NCBI GenBank assembly: GCA_963704755.1
Contig: OY969938.1
Coordinates: 4,620,001 to 4,652,000, forward strand
Source: an uncultured Chloroflexia bacterium
GTDB taxonomy: Bacteria; Chloroflexota; Anaerolineae; Anaerolineales; Anaerolineaceae
Length of the DNA stretch: 32,000 nt
Direction: 5' to 3'
Position numbers and translations under genes: made by a program
The notes under the pieces: model-generated
Told to the model about the DNA's origin: nothing
Database searches by the model: none
What the model saw: the letters and a program-made list of their open reading frames with translations, nothing else
Shown here: in pieces, positions 23,901 to 32,000 of the stretch
Layout: each line of letters begins with the position of its first letter
How positions within the stretch are numbered: the first letter of the stretch is position 1

Positions 23901-26900
23901 ATGCCTATCCATCTATTAATCTCACCCCCTGCAACCGGAAAAACCCAGACTTGTTTTAATCTGGTAATCTCGGCTGTCCAAAACAATCCGCTCTCAGCGA
24001 TCTGGTATCTTGTCCCCGATCAAATGCAGGCAGATGCAGTACGCACACGCTTTTCTACCACTGGACAAACGGTGCCTGTCAGAGTTGCCACTTTTTATGA
24101 GCTGAACACAGAGATTCTGGAACGACTTGGTTGCAGTCTGCCTGTGGCGGGGAATAGCATGCTCCACCGCTTTTTGCAGGAGATTATTCGATCACTATGT
24201 GATGCCGGGCAAATCCCTCATTACGCTCCAATCTCAGATTTGCCGGGTTTCCTCAACGAAATCCGCGCCCGGGTAGCTGAATTGCAACTATCTTTGGTCA
24301 CACCGCAGCGCCTGACGGAGCTAGCACAAAAACAGTTCGATCCAGGCTTAATCGACCTCGCCAGGATCTATACCGAATATCAGGCTCAACTGCTGGACCT
24401 GGGATGGACGGACCCTGAAGGATTGGGTAAGAAGGCGCTTGAGGCACTCAAATCCGAGGAGAAAGCATTAACCGATATTGCCCTTATGATTGTGGATGGG
24501 TTCGACAACTTCAACCCTTCACAGCTTCAAGTGCTCGAAGTGGTTGCCAGTCGTGCGGAACAAACCTGGATCACCCTTCCAGGCACACCAACGATGGCGA
24601 GACCAGCTCATCGGCGATTTTCTCTGGCTGAATATAAACTGATTAAAATCCAGGGATTGGATGTTCAAACATGTTCAATCTCTCCGCATTTGCCGCCGAC
24701 ACTGCTCCAAGTGGAAGATAACATTTTTGCGACTTCCATCCAACCCTTCCATTCAGGTGTCGACCTACAACGGATTGAAGCTCGTTCGGCGGTTGAAGAA
24801 GCACGTGAAGCCCTTCGGTGGCTGAAAAGCCACGTTATACGAGATGGCCTAACGCTTTCTGCTTGTGCGGTTACCGTACCAGATCTGGAAACTTACCGAT
24901 CCGCTCTTCAGGATGCTGCATATGAATTTGGTCTTCCCCTTCAATTCAGTCAGGGTGTGTTATTGTCCACAACTCCGCTGGGAGCTGCAATATCGGATTT
25001 GCTAAGTTTGGCGTTTCAGGATTACCCCCTGCGCTCATTATTAGACACGCTCCGCTCTCCCTATTTCGACCTGGCTGGGCTTGGGTTGCAATCTTCAGAT
25101 GCCAAGTTGTTAGAAATTGCCAGCCGCTATGGCCAGGTGGTCCAGGGGTTGACACAGTGGGAAGAAACATTACAGGATTTATCCACTCAAGATTCAAGCC
25201 CGGAGGATTTGGGTGACTTGTCTGATGAAGGTGATGCTGCTCCGCGGCTTCCAACTGGCGCACTGGCTACCCGACTGCTAAAAGGTCTTCGTCTGTTATC
25301 TGACCGTCTCTCTCCACCGGTTGGTGAGATGAGCTATAAGCAGTGGGCAACGTGGTTGCAGGAGTTGCTTGAAAACCTGGGTTTCTACAATAATCTTGCT
25401 GCAGCCGGTGAAATCGAGCTGATCAGTGCCTTCGATCTTCTACTGTCGACCCTGGCGCACAGTGAAGCACTCACGGGTGCTTGCCCCACTGGATATGAAG
25501 GTTTTCTTAAAGAATGGGAAGGGTTGATGAGCGCGACATCTGTCCAGGATGAGCCTTCCAATGAATCAGGACCTTTTATCCGGGTTATGCGCCTGATGGA
25601 AGCACGTGGAATCCGAGTGGAGGCTCTTGCGGTTTTAGGTCTTTCAGAAGGAGTCTTTCCTGCTATCGAACGCGCAGATCCGTTTCTCAGCGAGGAGGTG
25701 CGCAACCAGTTGGGGATGGAAGCGTATCTTGGACAGGAACAGGCAGGGTTGTTTTACCAAGTGGTCACCCGTGCTGACCGCTATCTTTTACTAACTCGAC
25801 CATATCTGGCCAAAGATGGCGAAATTTGGGAACCCTCCCCCTATTGGAATGCGCTGCAGGAGTTGCTGATGGAAAAACCAGTGCGCATCCATCCGGATGA
25901 AGCCCGGCCGTTCTGTGAAGCAGCTTCTCCCAATGAACTGCTCTTTTGGGTCGCCGACCGCTGGTCACAAACTAAATTTGAATTACCGACTGCATTATCT
26001 GATAGATTTGGAGCACGTTGGCTGCATATTATGGGCACCCAAATCGTCTTGGCAAATCGCCTTCAAAAAGAAGCTAAGGGGGAATATGATGGTGATTTGT
26101 CAAAAATAGACCAAATCCTGGCTGTGCGTTATGGCGAAAAAGCTGGTTGGAGCGCTTCGCGTTTGGAAGCCTACGCCAGCTGCCCATTTTCCTTTCTAGC
26201 TTCAGCAGCACTCGGATTAGAAGTAATCGAAGCACCTCAAATTGGATATCAGGCTAACCAGCTTGGCTCGATCCTACATGAGGTGTTGGAGAAAGTATAT
26301 CCGGAGGTGGCTGATCCGTCTGACACCGCTTCAGTTTTATCACACCTGCCGGCAGTTGCCCAGCGCGTTTTCGAAGATGCTCCGAAGAACTTCCAGTTTA
26401 GACCTTCACCACTTTGGGAGACACAGCAAGCTGAACTGCTTCTTATTTTGGAAGCAACGGTGCAAGCGATTGCGGAAATGGATCCAGATCAGTGTTGGCA
26501 GCCGTTGGCATTCGAGGCAAAATTTGGCATGGGTGGCCAGCCACCGCTTGTCTTGAATACTCCCGGTGGAAAAATTCGGCTGCACGGTCTGGTCGATCGA
26601 ATTGACATTAACCCACAAAGGAAATTACGGGTGATCGATTACAAATCGGGTAGTTCTCATTTATCACCCCAGGACCTTATCGAAGGCCGTCGTTTGCAGC
26701 TTCCGATCTATGCACTGGCTGCCAGTCAGGCGTTGGATCTGGGTGAAACCGTAGAAGGATTCTATTGGAAATTGTTTCAAAAAGGGGTCAGTGCCCTGAA
26801 ACTCAGCACTTTCAAAAGTGACGTCGGAACCGGCCCTGAAGCGGCTTTTAAAATGGCAACCAATCATATTGAAACAATTGTCGCCAATATTCGTCGCGGA

Positions 26901-26990
26901 TTGTTTCAACCCTTACCACCACCTGGTGGCTGCCCAAGCTATTGTGTAGCGGCAGCCTGGTGTTGGCATTGCAAGGTGGTGAAGTATTGA
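23901..26990 (+). CDS. addB: AddB-type helicase-nuclease subunit B (inactive helicase-like N-terminus, C-terminal PD-(D/E)xK nuclease with Fe-S cluster cysteines)
   Basis: N-terminus LISPPATGKT. Nuclease motif RVIDYKSG. Cysteines at ASCPFSF and GGCPSYCVAAAWC match the C...CxxCx5C Fe-S pattern. Confidence 0.85.
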   Translation: MPIHLLISPPATGKTQTCFNLVISAVQNNPLSAIWYLVPDQMQADAVRTRFSTTGQTVPVRVATFYELNTEILERLGCSLPVAGNSMLHRFLQEIIRSLCDAGQIPHYAPISDLPGFLNEIRARVAELQLSLVTPQRLTELAQKQFDPGLIDLARIYTEYQAQLLDLGWTDPEGLGKKALEALKSEEKALTDIALMIVDGFDNFNPSQLQVLEVVASRAEQTWITLPGTPTMARPAHRRFSLAEYKLIKIQGLDVQTCSISPHLPPTLLQVEDNIFATSIQPFHSGVDLQRIEARSAVEEAREALRWLKSHVIRDGLTLSACAVTVPDLETYRSALQDAAYEFGLPLQFSQGVLLSTTPLGAAISDLLSLAFQDYPLRSLLDTLRSPYFDLAGLGLQSSDAKLLEIASRYGQVVQGLTQWEETLQDLSTQDSSPEDLGDLSDEGDAAPRLPTGALATRLLKGLRLLSDRLSPPVGEMSYKQWATWLQELLENLGFYNNLAAAGEIELISAFDLLLSTLAHSEALTGACPTGYEGFLKEWEGLMSATSVQDEPSNESGPFIRVMRLMEARGIRVEALAVLGLSEGVFPAIERADPFLSEEVRNQLGMEAYLGQEQAGLFYQVVTRADRYLLLTRPYLAKDGEIWEPSPYWNALQELLMEKPVRIHPDEARPFCEAASPNELLFWVADRWSQTKFELPTALSDRFGARWLHIMGTQIVLANRLQKEAKGEYDGDLSKIDQILAVRYGEKAGWSASRLEAYASCPFSFLASAALGLEVIEAPQIGYQANQLGSILHEVLEKVYPEVADPSDTASVLSHLPAVAQRVFEDAPKNFQFRPSPLWETQQAELLLILEATVQAIAEMDPDQCWQPLAFEAKFGMGGQPPLVLNTPGGKIRLHGLVDRIDINPQRKLRVIDYKSGSSHLSPQDLIEGRRLQLPIYALAASQALDLGETVEGFYWKLFQKGVSALKLSTFKSDVGTGPEAAFKMATNHIETIVANIRRGLFQPLPPPGGCPSYCVAAAWCWHCKVVKY

Positions 26991-27820
26991 TCGAAGGACC
27001 TCTTACCAATCTGTTTGATTTTTTAGGTTTGATCGGAAACCAGCGCGAGGCTGCTGCTGAAAGATCAAGCAATGTAGCTGTTACAGCTGGTGCCGGAAGC
27101 GGGAAGACACGCACATTGGTGGCACGTTACCTTCGTTACCTCAGCGAAGGTAAACTGCCACGCCAAGTGGTGGCGATCACTTTTACAGAGAAAGCTGCCC
27201 GAGAAATGCGCAGCCGCGCCCGAATTTGGTTGCGCCAGCTGGTGCTGAAAGCCGAAACGAATGCAGAACGCAGCCTTTGGGCACAATTGGACACTCAAAT
27301 GGATAGTGCCCGCATCGGCACCATTCACAGCCTATGCGCGGAGATCCTCCGCAGTCACCCAGCTGAAGCGCACCTGGATCCCCAATTTATCGTGATCGAA
27401 GAAAATAAAGCTACCGCGCTACGCGCCCAGGCAGTGGGAAATGCCTTGATTTGGGCGATTCAAGAGCCTGAAATGGCAATACTCTTCAAGCACTTCAATC
27501 TAAACCGGTTGGAAGGACTAAGCGGTTTGTTCCTGGAGAAACGACTGGATATGAACCCGGGTTCATTTGCCCCTGATCATTTGAATCAAGCAATTCTTAT
27601 AGCCCTTATGAGGTTTTTCCAGGATAAAACGGTTGCCAGTGTGCGCATTGAACTGCGTCAGGCTCAGTTAGATCGAAGTCTAGTTGCTGACTGCGGTGAA
27701 CCGTTTGCAAACCAGGTGATCGCTCTTCTGGAATTTCTGGACACTTCTGAAAACGCATTAACTAAAAAAAATCCACCGAATCCGCCCAGGCACTTTTTAC
27801 TGCCCGCCGTAGTCAAATGA
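26942..27820 (+). CDS. addA: AddA/UvrD-family helicase-nuclease subunit A, N-terminal fragment (motifs I, Ia, Ib)
   Basis: VTAGAGSGKT, AITFTEKAAREM and IGTIHSLCAEIL. The likely start is TTG 26984, after AGGTGG, overlapping the addB stop. The fragment ends just after an A8 tract. Confidence 0.8.
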   Translation: MCSGSLVLALQGGEVLIEGPLTNLFDFLGLIGNQREAAAERSSNVAVTAGAGSGKTRTLVARYLRYLSEGKLPRQVVAITFTEKAAREMRSRARIWLRQLVLKAETNAERSLWAQLDTQMDSARIGTIHSLCAEILRSHPAEAHLDPQFIVIEENKATALRAQAVGNALIWAIQEPEMAILFKHFNLNRLEGLSGLFLEKRLDMNPGSFAPDHLNQAILIALMRFFQDKTVASVRIELRQAQLDRSLVADCGEPFANQVIALLEFLDTSENALTKKNPPNPPRHFLLPAVVK

Positions 27821-30300
27821 GACTCAATTTTGGTCCAAGAGTTTGCAATACTAAGGAAGCTGTAAAAGCATTGCGCGAACGTTACGATGAACTTTTACAA
27901 CCCTGGTTGGGGGGCGCTAATAATGCAGATCCGTTGCTTGATCCCAACGTGGATCAACTGCTGGTTGAATTGTCCCCCCTCCTTGAAAAACTCTATACAC
28001 AGGCTTTGACTTTTTACCGGGCATCCCTGGATGAGCAGAGCAGTCTAGATTTTGACGATCTGGAAGCGGGAACTGTAGCCCTTTTACGCAATCCGGCTAT
28101 TCGCGCACACTGGCAGAAAGAAATTGCAGCAGTTCTGGTAGATGAATTTCAGGATACAAACAGCCGGCAACGTGAAATCATTATCGGGTTGTGTGGTGAT
28201 CAACCTGGGCGTTTGTTTGTTGTTGGAGATGCCCGCCAGAGCATCTACCGCTTCCGAGGTGCAGACGTAACAGTTTTTACCGACCTGCAGACCGAGATTC
28301 GCCGCCAGGGTGGGCGAAGCATTGATCTTGACCGTACATTTCGTGCTCATCCAGCTTTGCTGGAAAGCACCGGAGCATTACTGGCACCTGTCATGGGTAC
28401 CACCCCTGACCCGCTGCGTCCCTTTTACATTCCATATACCGGGTTGTATTCAGAGAGGAGTGAATCTCGAGAGGGAATGCAGTCGCCGTTTGTTGAATGT
28501 ATACTTGGGGCAGGCGAAGATAGCGAGGCGGCACGATCAGCTTCTGCACATGCCCTGGCCGGACGGCTGGTGCAGCTGAAAGCACAGAAAGAAATCCGGA
28601 AATGGGATGAAGTCGCTTTGCTCTTTCGCGCCTCTACCCCCTTTCCAATCTACGAACAGGCTTTGGAGGATTTAGGGATTCCTTTTGTTACGGTCGCCGG
28701 CAGCGGATTCTTCGAGCGGCCTGAAGTCCGTGACCTGCTTAATTTCTTGCGCGCCTTAGCAGACCCCTGGGACGACCAGGCACTAGCCGGGATGTTGCGC
28801 TCTCCAGCATTGGGTATTTCAGATGTAGGGCTATATCAGCTTCGACAAAGAAATCCTTCTCAGTCCAATTCGAGCAGTACAAATCGCCCACTACGTGAAG
28901 CACTCAACGCAGATTTGAGTTCTCTATCGGTCTCTGATCAAGACCATATCCGGCGTGCACTATTCATTTTAGAAGATCTCGAACCCCTGGTAGACCGGCT
29001 ACCAGTGGCCGAGCTACTTACGCGCGTTGTAGATCGAACAGATTATCGTGCAACCCTGGCAACCTGTGCTCACCTCCAAGGCAGTGCGCGATTATGGCGT
29101 AACGTGGACAAACTAATTAGCGATGCACAGAAAAGTGGTGCGGTGCGAGTACGAGCCTTCCTGGAATATATCGCAACCATGCGGGATGTGGGTGCGCGAG
29201 AGAGTGAAGCCGCATCAGAAGCGGAAGGCGTCGTACGTTTGATGACCATTCACAAGGCTAAGGGTTTGGAATTCCCAATTGTGGTCTTAGCGGATGCAAA
29301 CCGCCGCCCTAATAGGGGCAAAGGAATGGCTTACCAACTAGGCGAGAGTTGGACTTTTGAGGTCGATAAAGAGGAAGGCAATCCATTGGCTTTCCGGTTA
29401 GCACAGTGGCAGGACAGCCTCCAGGCTGATGCAGAGGACCAACGACTGTTGTACGTTGCCCTGACGCGTGCCCAGGAAAAGTTGATCATTAATGGGCATT
29501 TAACCATGAAGGACAATCACCTTAAAGCAGATGGTTGGTTAAGTGACTTACTGGATGCCGGGGGAATCCTCCCAGATTCATTGTCGACGGATGCTGGTGC
29601 CTGGAAACATGCTTCGCTGATCGATAAGGCTGAATGGGGAATCTGGCTGGAGCCAAATGCCATGGATGCTCCAACCGCTGAGCTTTTACCTGTACCTGAT
29701 TGGCCAGACTCTTTTGCCGAACCGCTCTTCTCTACACTTTCCATGCCATTGATTACTCCAGTCGCAATTCCAGAGCACCGGCATTTATCGTTTGACCCAC
29801 GTACACCACCTGCTCGAATAGTGGGTGAGATGGTACATAAAGCCTTGCAGCGTTGGCGTTTCTCCAACGATCCTTTACTTGAAACCCTACTGCGCACCCA
29901 GGCCCACATGGAAGGGCTGCTGAATGAAGATTTGGTAAACCAAGCGATCCACGAAGCTCAATCAATGCTGAATAGATTTCAAAGACATTCGCTGTTTGTG
30001 GAGATGAACACAGCAGTAGAGAGACACCATGAAATACCATTTATAGACCCAACTTCTCAAAAAGGTACAAGATGGGGATTCATGGATTGCTTATATCGCA
30101 CAGCAGCCGGTTGGGTCTTAGTCGATTTTAAGACAGATGAATTGCGCAGCCAGGCAGCACTAGAAGAAGCTGTGAATATGTATTCTTCACAACTACTGCG
30201 TTACAGTCAGGCTGCCACCGCGTTGTTGGGTAAAAAGCCCCTTTCGCTTATGTGTTTTTTGAACGCCAATCGGGCGGTTGAGGTGCGTGAGGTTGTGTGA
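27817..30300 (+). CDS. addA: AddA/UvrD-family helicase-nuclease subunit A, C-terminal fragment (motifs II-VI plus PD-(D/E)xK nuclease)
   Basis: VLVDEFQDTN, VVGDARQSIYRFRGA, VRLMTIHKAKGLEFPIV and LLYVALTRAQEKL. Nuclease motifs are FMDCLY...VLVDFKTD. This frame is open from 27766. Confidence 0.85.
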   Translation: MRLNFGPRVCNTKEAVKALRERYDELLQPWLGGANNADPLLDPNVDQLLVELSPLLEKLYTQALTFYRASLDEQSSLDFDDLEAGTVALLRNPAIRAHWQKEIAAVLVDEFQDTNSRQREIIIGLCGDQPGRLFVVGDARQSIYRFRGADVTVFTDLQTEIRRQGGRSIDLDRTFRAHPALLESTGALLAPVMGTTPDPLRPFYIPYTGLYSERSESREGMQSPFVECILGAGEDSEAARSASAHALAGRLVQLKAQKEIRKWDEVALLFRASTPFPIYEQALEDLGIPFVTVAGSGFFERPEVRDLLNFLRALADPWDDQALAGMLRSPALGISDVGLYQLRQRNPSQSNSSSTNRPLREALNADLSSLSVSDQDHIRRALFILEDLEPLVDRLPVAELLTRVVDRTDYRATLATCAHLQGSARLWRNVDKLISDAQKSGAVRVRAFLEYIATMRDVGARESEAASEAEGVVRLMTIHKAKGLEFPIVVLADANRRPNRGKGMAYQLGESWTFEVDKEEGNPLAFRLAQWQDSLQADAEDQRLLYVALTRAQEKLIINGHLTMKDNHLKADGWLSDLLDAGGILPDSLSTDAGAWKHASLIDKAEWGIWLEPNAMDAPTAELLPVPDWPDSFAEPLFSTLSMPLITPVAIPEHRHLSFDPRTPPARIVGEMVHKALQRWRFSNDPLLETLLRTQAHMEGLLNEDLVNQAIHEAQSMLNRFQRHSLFVEMNTAVERHHEIPFIDPTSQKGTRWGFMDCLYRTAAGWVLVDFKTDELRSQAALEEAVNMYSSQLLRYSQAATALLGKKPLSLMCFLNANRAVEVREVV

Positions 30301-30470
30301 ACCAATCAGTTTCATTCATTCCTGAAAGATAACCAAGTAAAAATAGGACCGGTAGTTTAGAAACCTGGGAAGTGGAATATCGCAATTGGATCATCTTTAT
30401 CAGCTATTTCAAGAATTGATAAATATCGGCGGATCTGCTCTGGCTGTTTCCGCTGCAAGCTGACGGGATA

Positions 30471-30851
30471 TTACGCCTTCGCAGGAACGTCACCCGCCTC
30501 TAAATGCATCGAACCATCGGGGCCTTGATGAAAGATCAGCTGCTGAGTTGTGGTGTGGACGCACTTATATTCCATTGGTCCCGGATAACCAATACAGGAA
30601 GCATCTGCGCAGTAACTATCTTCAATAAGTTTGCCGATGATTTCCAGCATGGCTGGGCTGAGGGTCGGCACACAGATACCTTTGTATTCCTCATATTCTG
30701 ATTGATATGCAACCTCAGCAGCCTCGCGATTTTCAAAGGATTTATATTAAGCGCCGTTGAAGCCCGTTACCTGCGCAGAGCATTCCTGCCAGTTGGAAAA
30801 CACTCCGGTTTGTCTACCTTTCCAAACGACATAATATTTTTGTTTTGGCAT
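30471..30851 (-). pseudogene. RNase H1-like gene remnant (N-terminal hybrid-binding/viroplasmin-like domain plus truncated RNase H domain) with an in-frame TAA
   Basis: The minus strand from ATG 30851 reads MPKQKYYVVWKGRQTGVFSNWQECSAQVTGFNGA*YKSFENREAAEVAY...SYCADASCIGYPGPMEYKCV...SMHLEAGDVPAKA*. The stop is codon 35 (30749-30747). The RNase H domain ends after about 50 residues. Confidence 0.65.
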
Positions 30852-30928
30852 ACTTCCCCTTTGTATATTTCCAAAAATACTCTAGAAGTAGTAGAGATTA
30901 ATCTGCAGCCCAGCGATATTCGAAACTT

Positions 30929-32000
30929 TCACGAGATAAGGTTAGTGTACCTTTTAATTGAAGACTTTAATTCTTTTGCTCCTTGCATTGGCAATGTGGG
31001 TAACATGCTGAAATACTGACGTATTGCGGCATTAATCGCTGCCAGACATGTCTTTGTTTTTACCCAGTTTTGTGGGCTAAAAACTCGATTTGGTGGCTGA
31101 GGCTCGTTGGCGGCGGCTTCTAATGCTGTGTTTAAGCAACTACCTGCAATCTTTATTATTTGCTCAACTTGATTCCGAGTTTGAGCTTGATCCCAAGCTG
31201 CCTTAGGGCTTGCAACCATCTCGGGTAGATTACTCGCGATTGAATAGCACATGGATACTGCATACAACTGGTGGTAGGGAGCATAAGATTTCATAGCTAA
31301 GAGGGTTTCATTCAATCCGAGAGTATTCTCCGATGTCCATCCTTTCATAATTTCCTGCATCCAATAATTTAAAGCTTGGGCATCATTTGGTGAGTAATCC
31401 CTTTTAAATAATTGCTCGAAATACTTATCGAAAATCTTGGTCTCACTATAAGCAATATTTGGTCTTTGTGAATGCCAAGAGATTAAATATTTTCCAAGAT
31501 CGGATAGGTCCAAGATCATGGTTTTATCTTTCGATGGAGGAGCTGCCTCTCCACGTTTTGAAATAAAATAACCGTTTGTGAAGGTTTGTTCAAACGAGTG
31601 TTTTAAGTTTAGTACCCGTTTATCATTGCTCCTTAGATCACGAGGTTTCACCACACTTTGTGAATTTGTCGAGATACTGATTCGGTCAGCTCGTTCAATT
31701 TGCGGAATTTCATAAAAACGGAACATGATATAGGCATCTTGAATTTGTTTGGTACGCTCACTGCAAGATAAGATTGTATTTAACGATTGACAGCCATTGA
31801 CAACACTTAAACCGTTGAGCTGCAAAACCCCGCTCTCAGAGAGGTGCATATGGTTGCATATTGCAGTAATGCCATTATGGAAAAAGTAGAAGTCTCGATA
31901 TTTATCACTGTAAATCGTAGATCGAATCGCTTTATTGACTGGATTATTCAAACCGAGCGATTGTCGCACATTCTTCCGAAATAATGTACCATCCTTAATT
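30929..32000 (-). CDS. AIPR-family abortive-infection protein, C-terminal two-thirds (5' end outside the window)
   Basis: FFHNGITAICNHM...LSVVNGCQSLNTI matches the AIPR NGIT / VNG-Q-(S/T) core. The frame stays open to base 32000 (IKDGTLFRKNVRQS...). Confidence 0.8.
   Translation of the reverse strand, partial: IKDGTLFRKNVRQSLGLNNPVNKAIRSTIYSDKYRDFYFFHNGITAICNHMHLSESGVLQLNGLSVVNGCQSLNTILSCSERTKQIQDAYIMFRFYEIPQIERADRISISTNSQSVVKPRDLRSNDKRVLNLKHSFEQTFTNGYFISKRGEAAPPSKDKTMILDLSDLGKYLISWHSQRPNIAYSETKIFDKYFEQLFKRDYSPNDAQALNYWMQEIMKGWTSENTLGLNETLLAMKSYAPYHQLYAVSMCYSIASNLPEMVASPKAAWDQAQTRNQVEQIIKIAGSCLNTALEAAANEPQPPNRVFSPQNWVKTKTCLAAINAAIRQYFSMLPTLPMQGAKELKSSIKRYTNLIS

Noticed and set aside
30301-30470. 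Possible continuation of the RNase H domain in another frame downstream of 30471.
   Set aside because: The read-through and shifted translations (for example YPVSLQRKQPEQIRRYLSILEIADKDDPIAIFHFPGF) show no convincing RNase H motifs. The similarity is too degenerate to claim.
30504-31019. Plus-strand ORFs 30504-30701 and 30702-31019, and minus-strand ORF 30536-30736.
   Set aside because: They are shadows of the RNase H1-like remnant and the AIPR 3' end. They have no start signals and no recognisable sequence features.
1-32000. CRISPR arrays, rRNA genes, or IS elements with transposase genes.
   Set aside because: No regularly spaced direct repeats, no rRNA-like conserved blocks and no transposase-like ORFs were seen. 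The only recombinase is the tyrosine integrase.

Overview
The window has four compositional blocks, with GC judged by eye. (1) 1-11.75 kb is GC-rich (about 55-58%) and ordinary. It holds a partial COG2403 GTPase, obg, nadD, a PD40 lipoprotein, a four-gene ECF sigma/anti-sigma envelope operon, a mazEF-like TA pair, galT, a DMT transporter, dodecin and a DinB-family gene. (2) 11.75-23.9 kb is strongly AT-rich (about 30-40%) and accessory. It begins exactly inside a disrupted arfB gene. It carries an XRE-HTH plus HEPN-Sel1 pair, a complete island-borne arfB, an S1-protease/zinc-ribbon gene overlapping an unknown 277-aa gene, a tyrosine recombinase, an RHH plus membrane-protein pair, and a McrC-like/McrB-like pair. 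(3) 23.9-30.3 kb (about 50-55% GC) encodes AddB and a split AddA. (4) 30.3-32 kb is AT-rich again, with a decayed RNase H1-like pseudogene and a partial AIPR abortive-infection gene. I found no rRNA, tRNA, tmRNA or CRISPR array. The best candidates for an undescribed system are: the cytoplasmic S1 protease/zinc-ribbon plus 277-aa partner operon (15274-17174); the HTH plus Swt1-like-HEPN/Sel1 module (12595-14286); and the McrBC-like pair whose NTPase appears to carry a B3/EcoRII-N-like DNA-binding insert inside the AAA+ domain. Caveat: four ORFs are interrupted by 1-nt frameshifts (mazE-like, HTH, AddA, and possibly protease/partner). Three of these are repaired by adding one base to a homopolymer, so sequencing error must be excluded before any pseudogene or recoding claim. 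All functional calls rest on motif recognition in the supplied translations. No database search was run.
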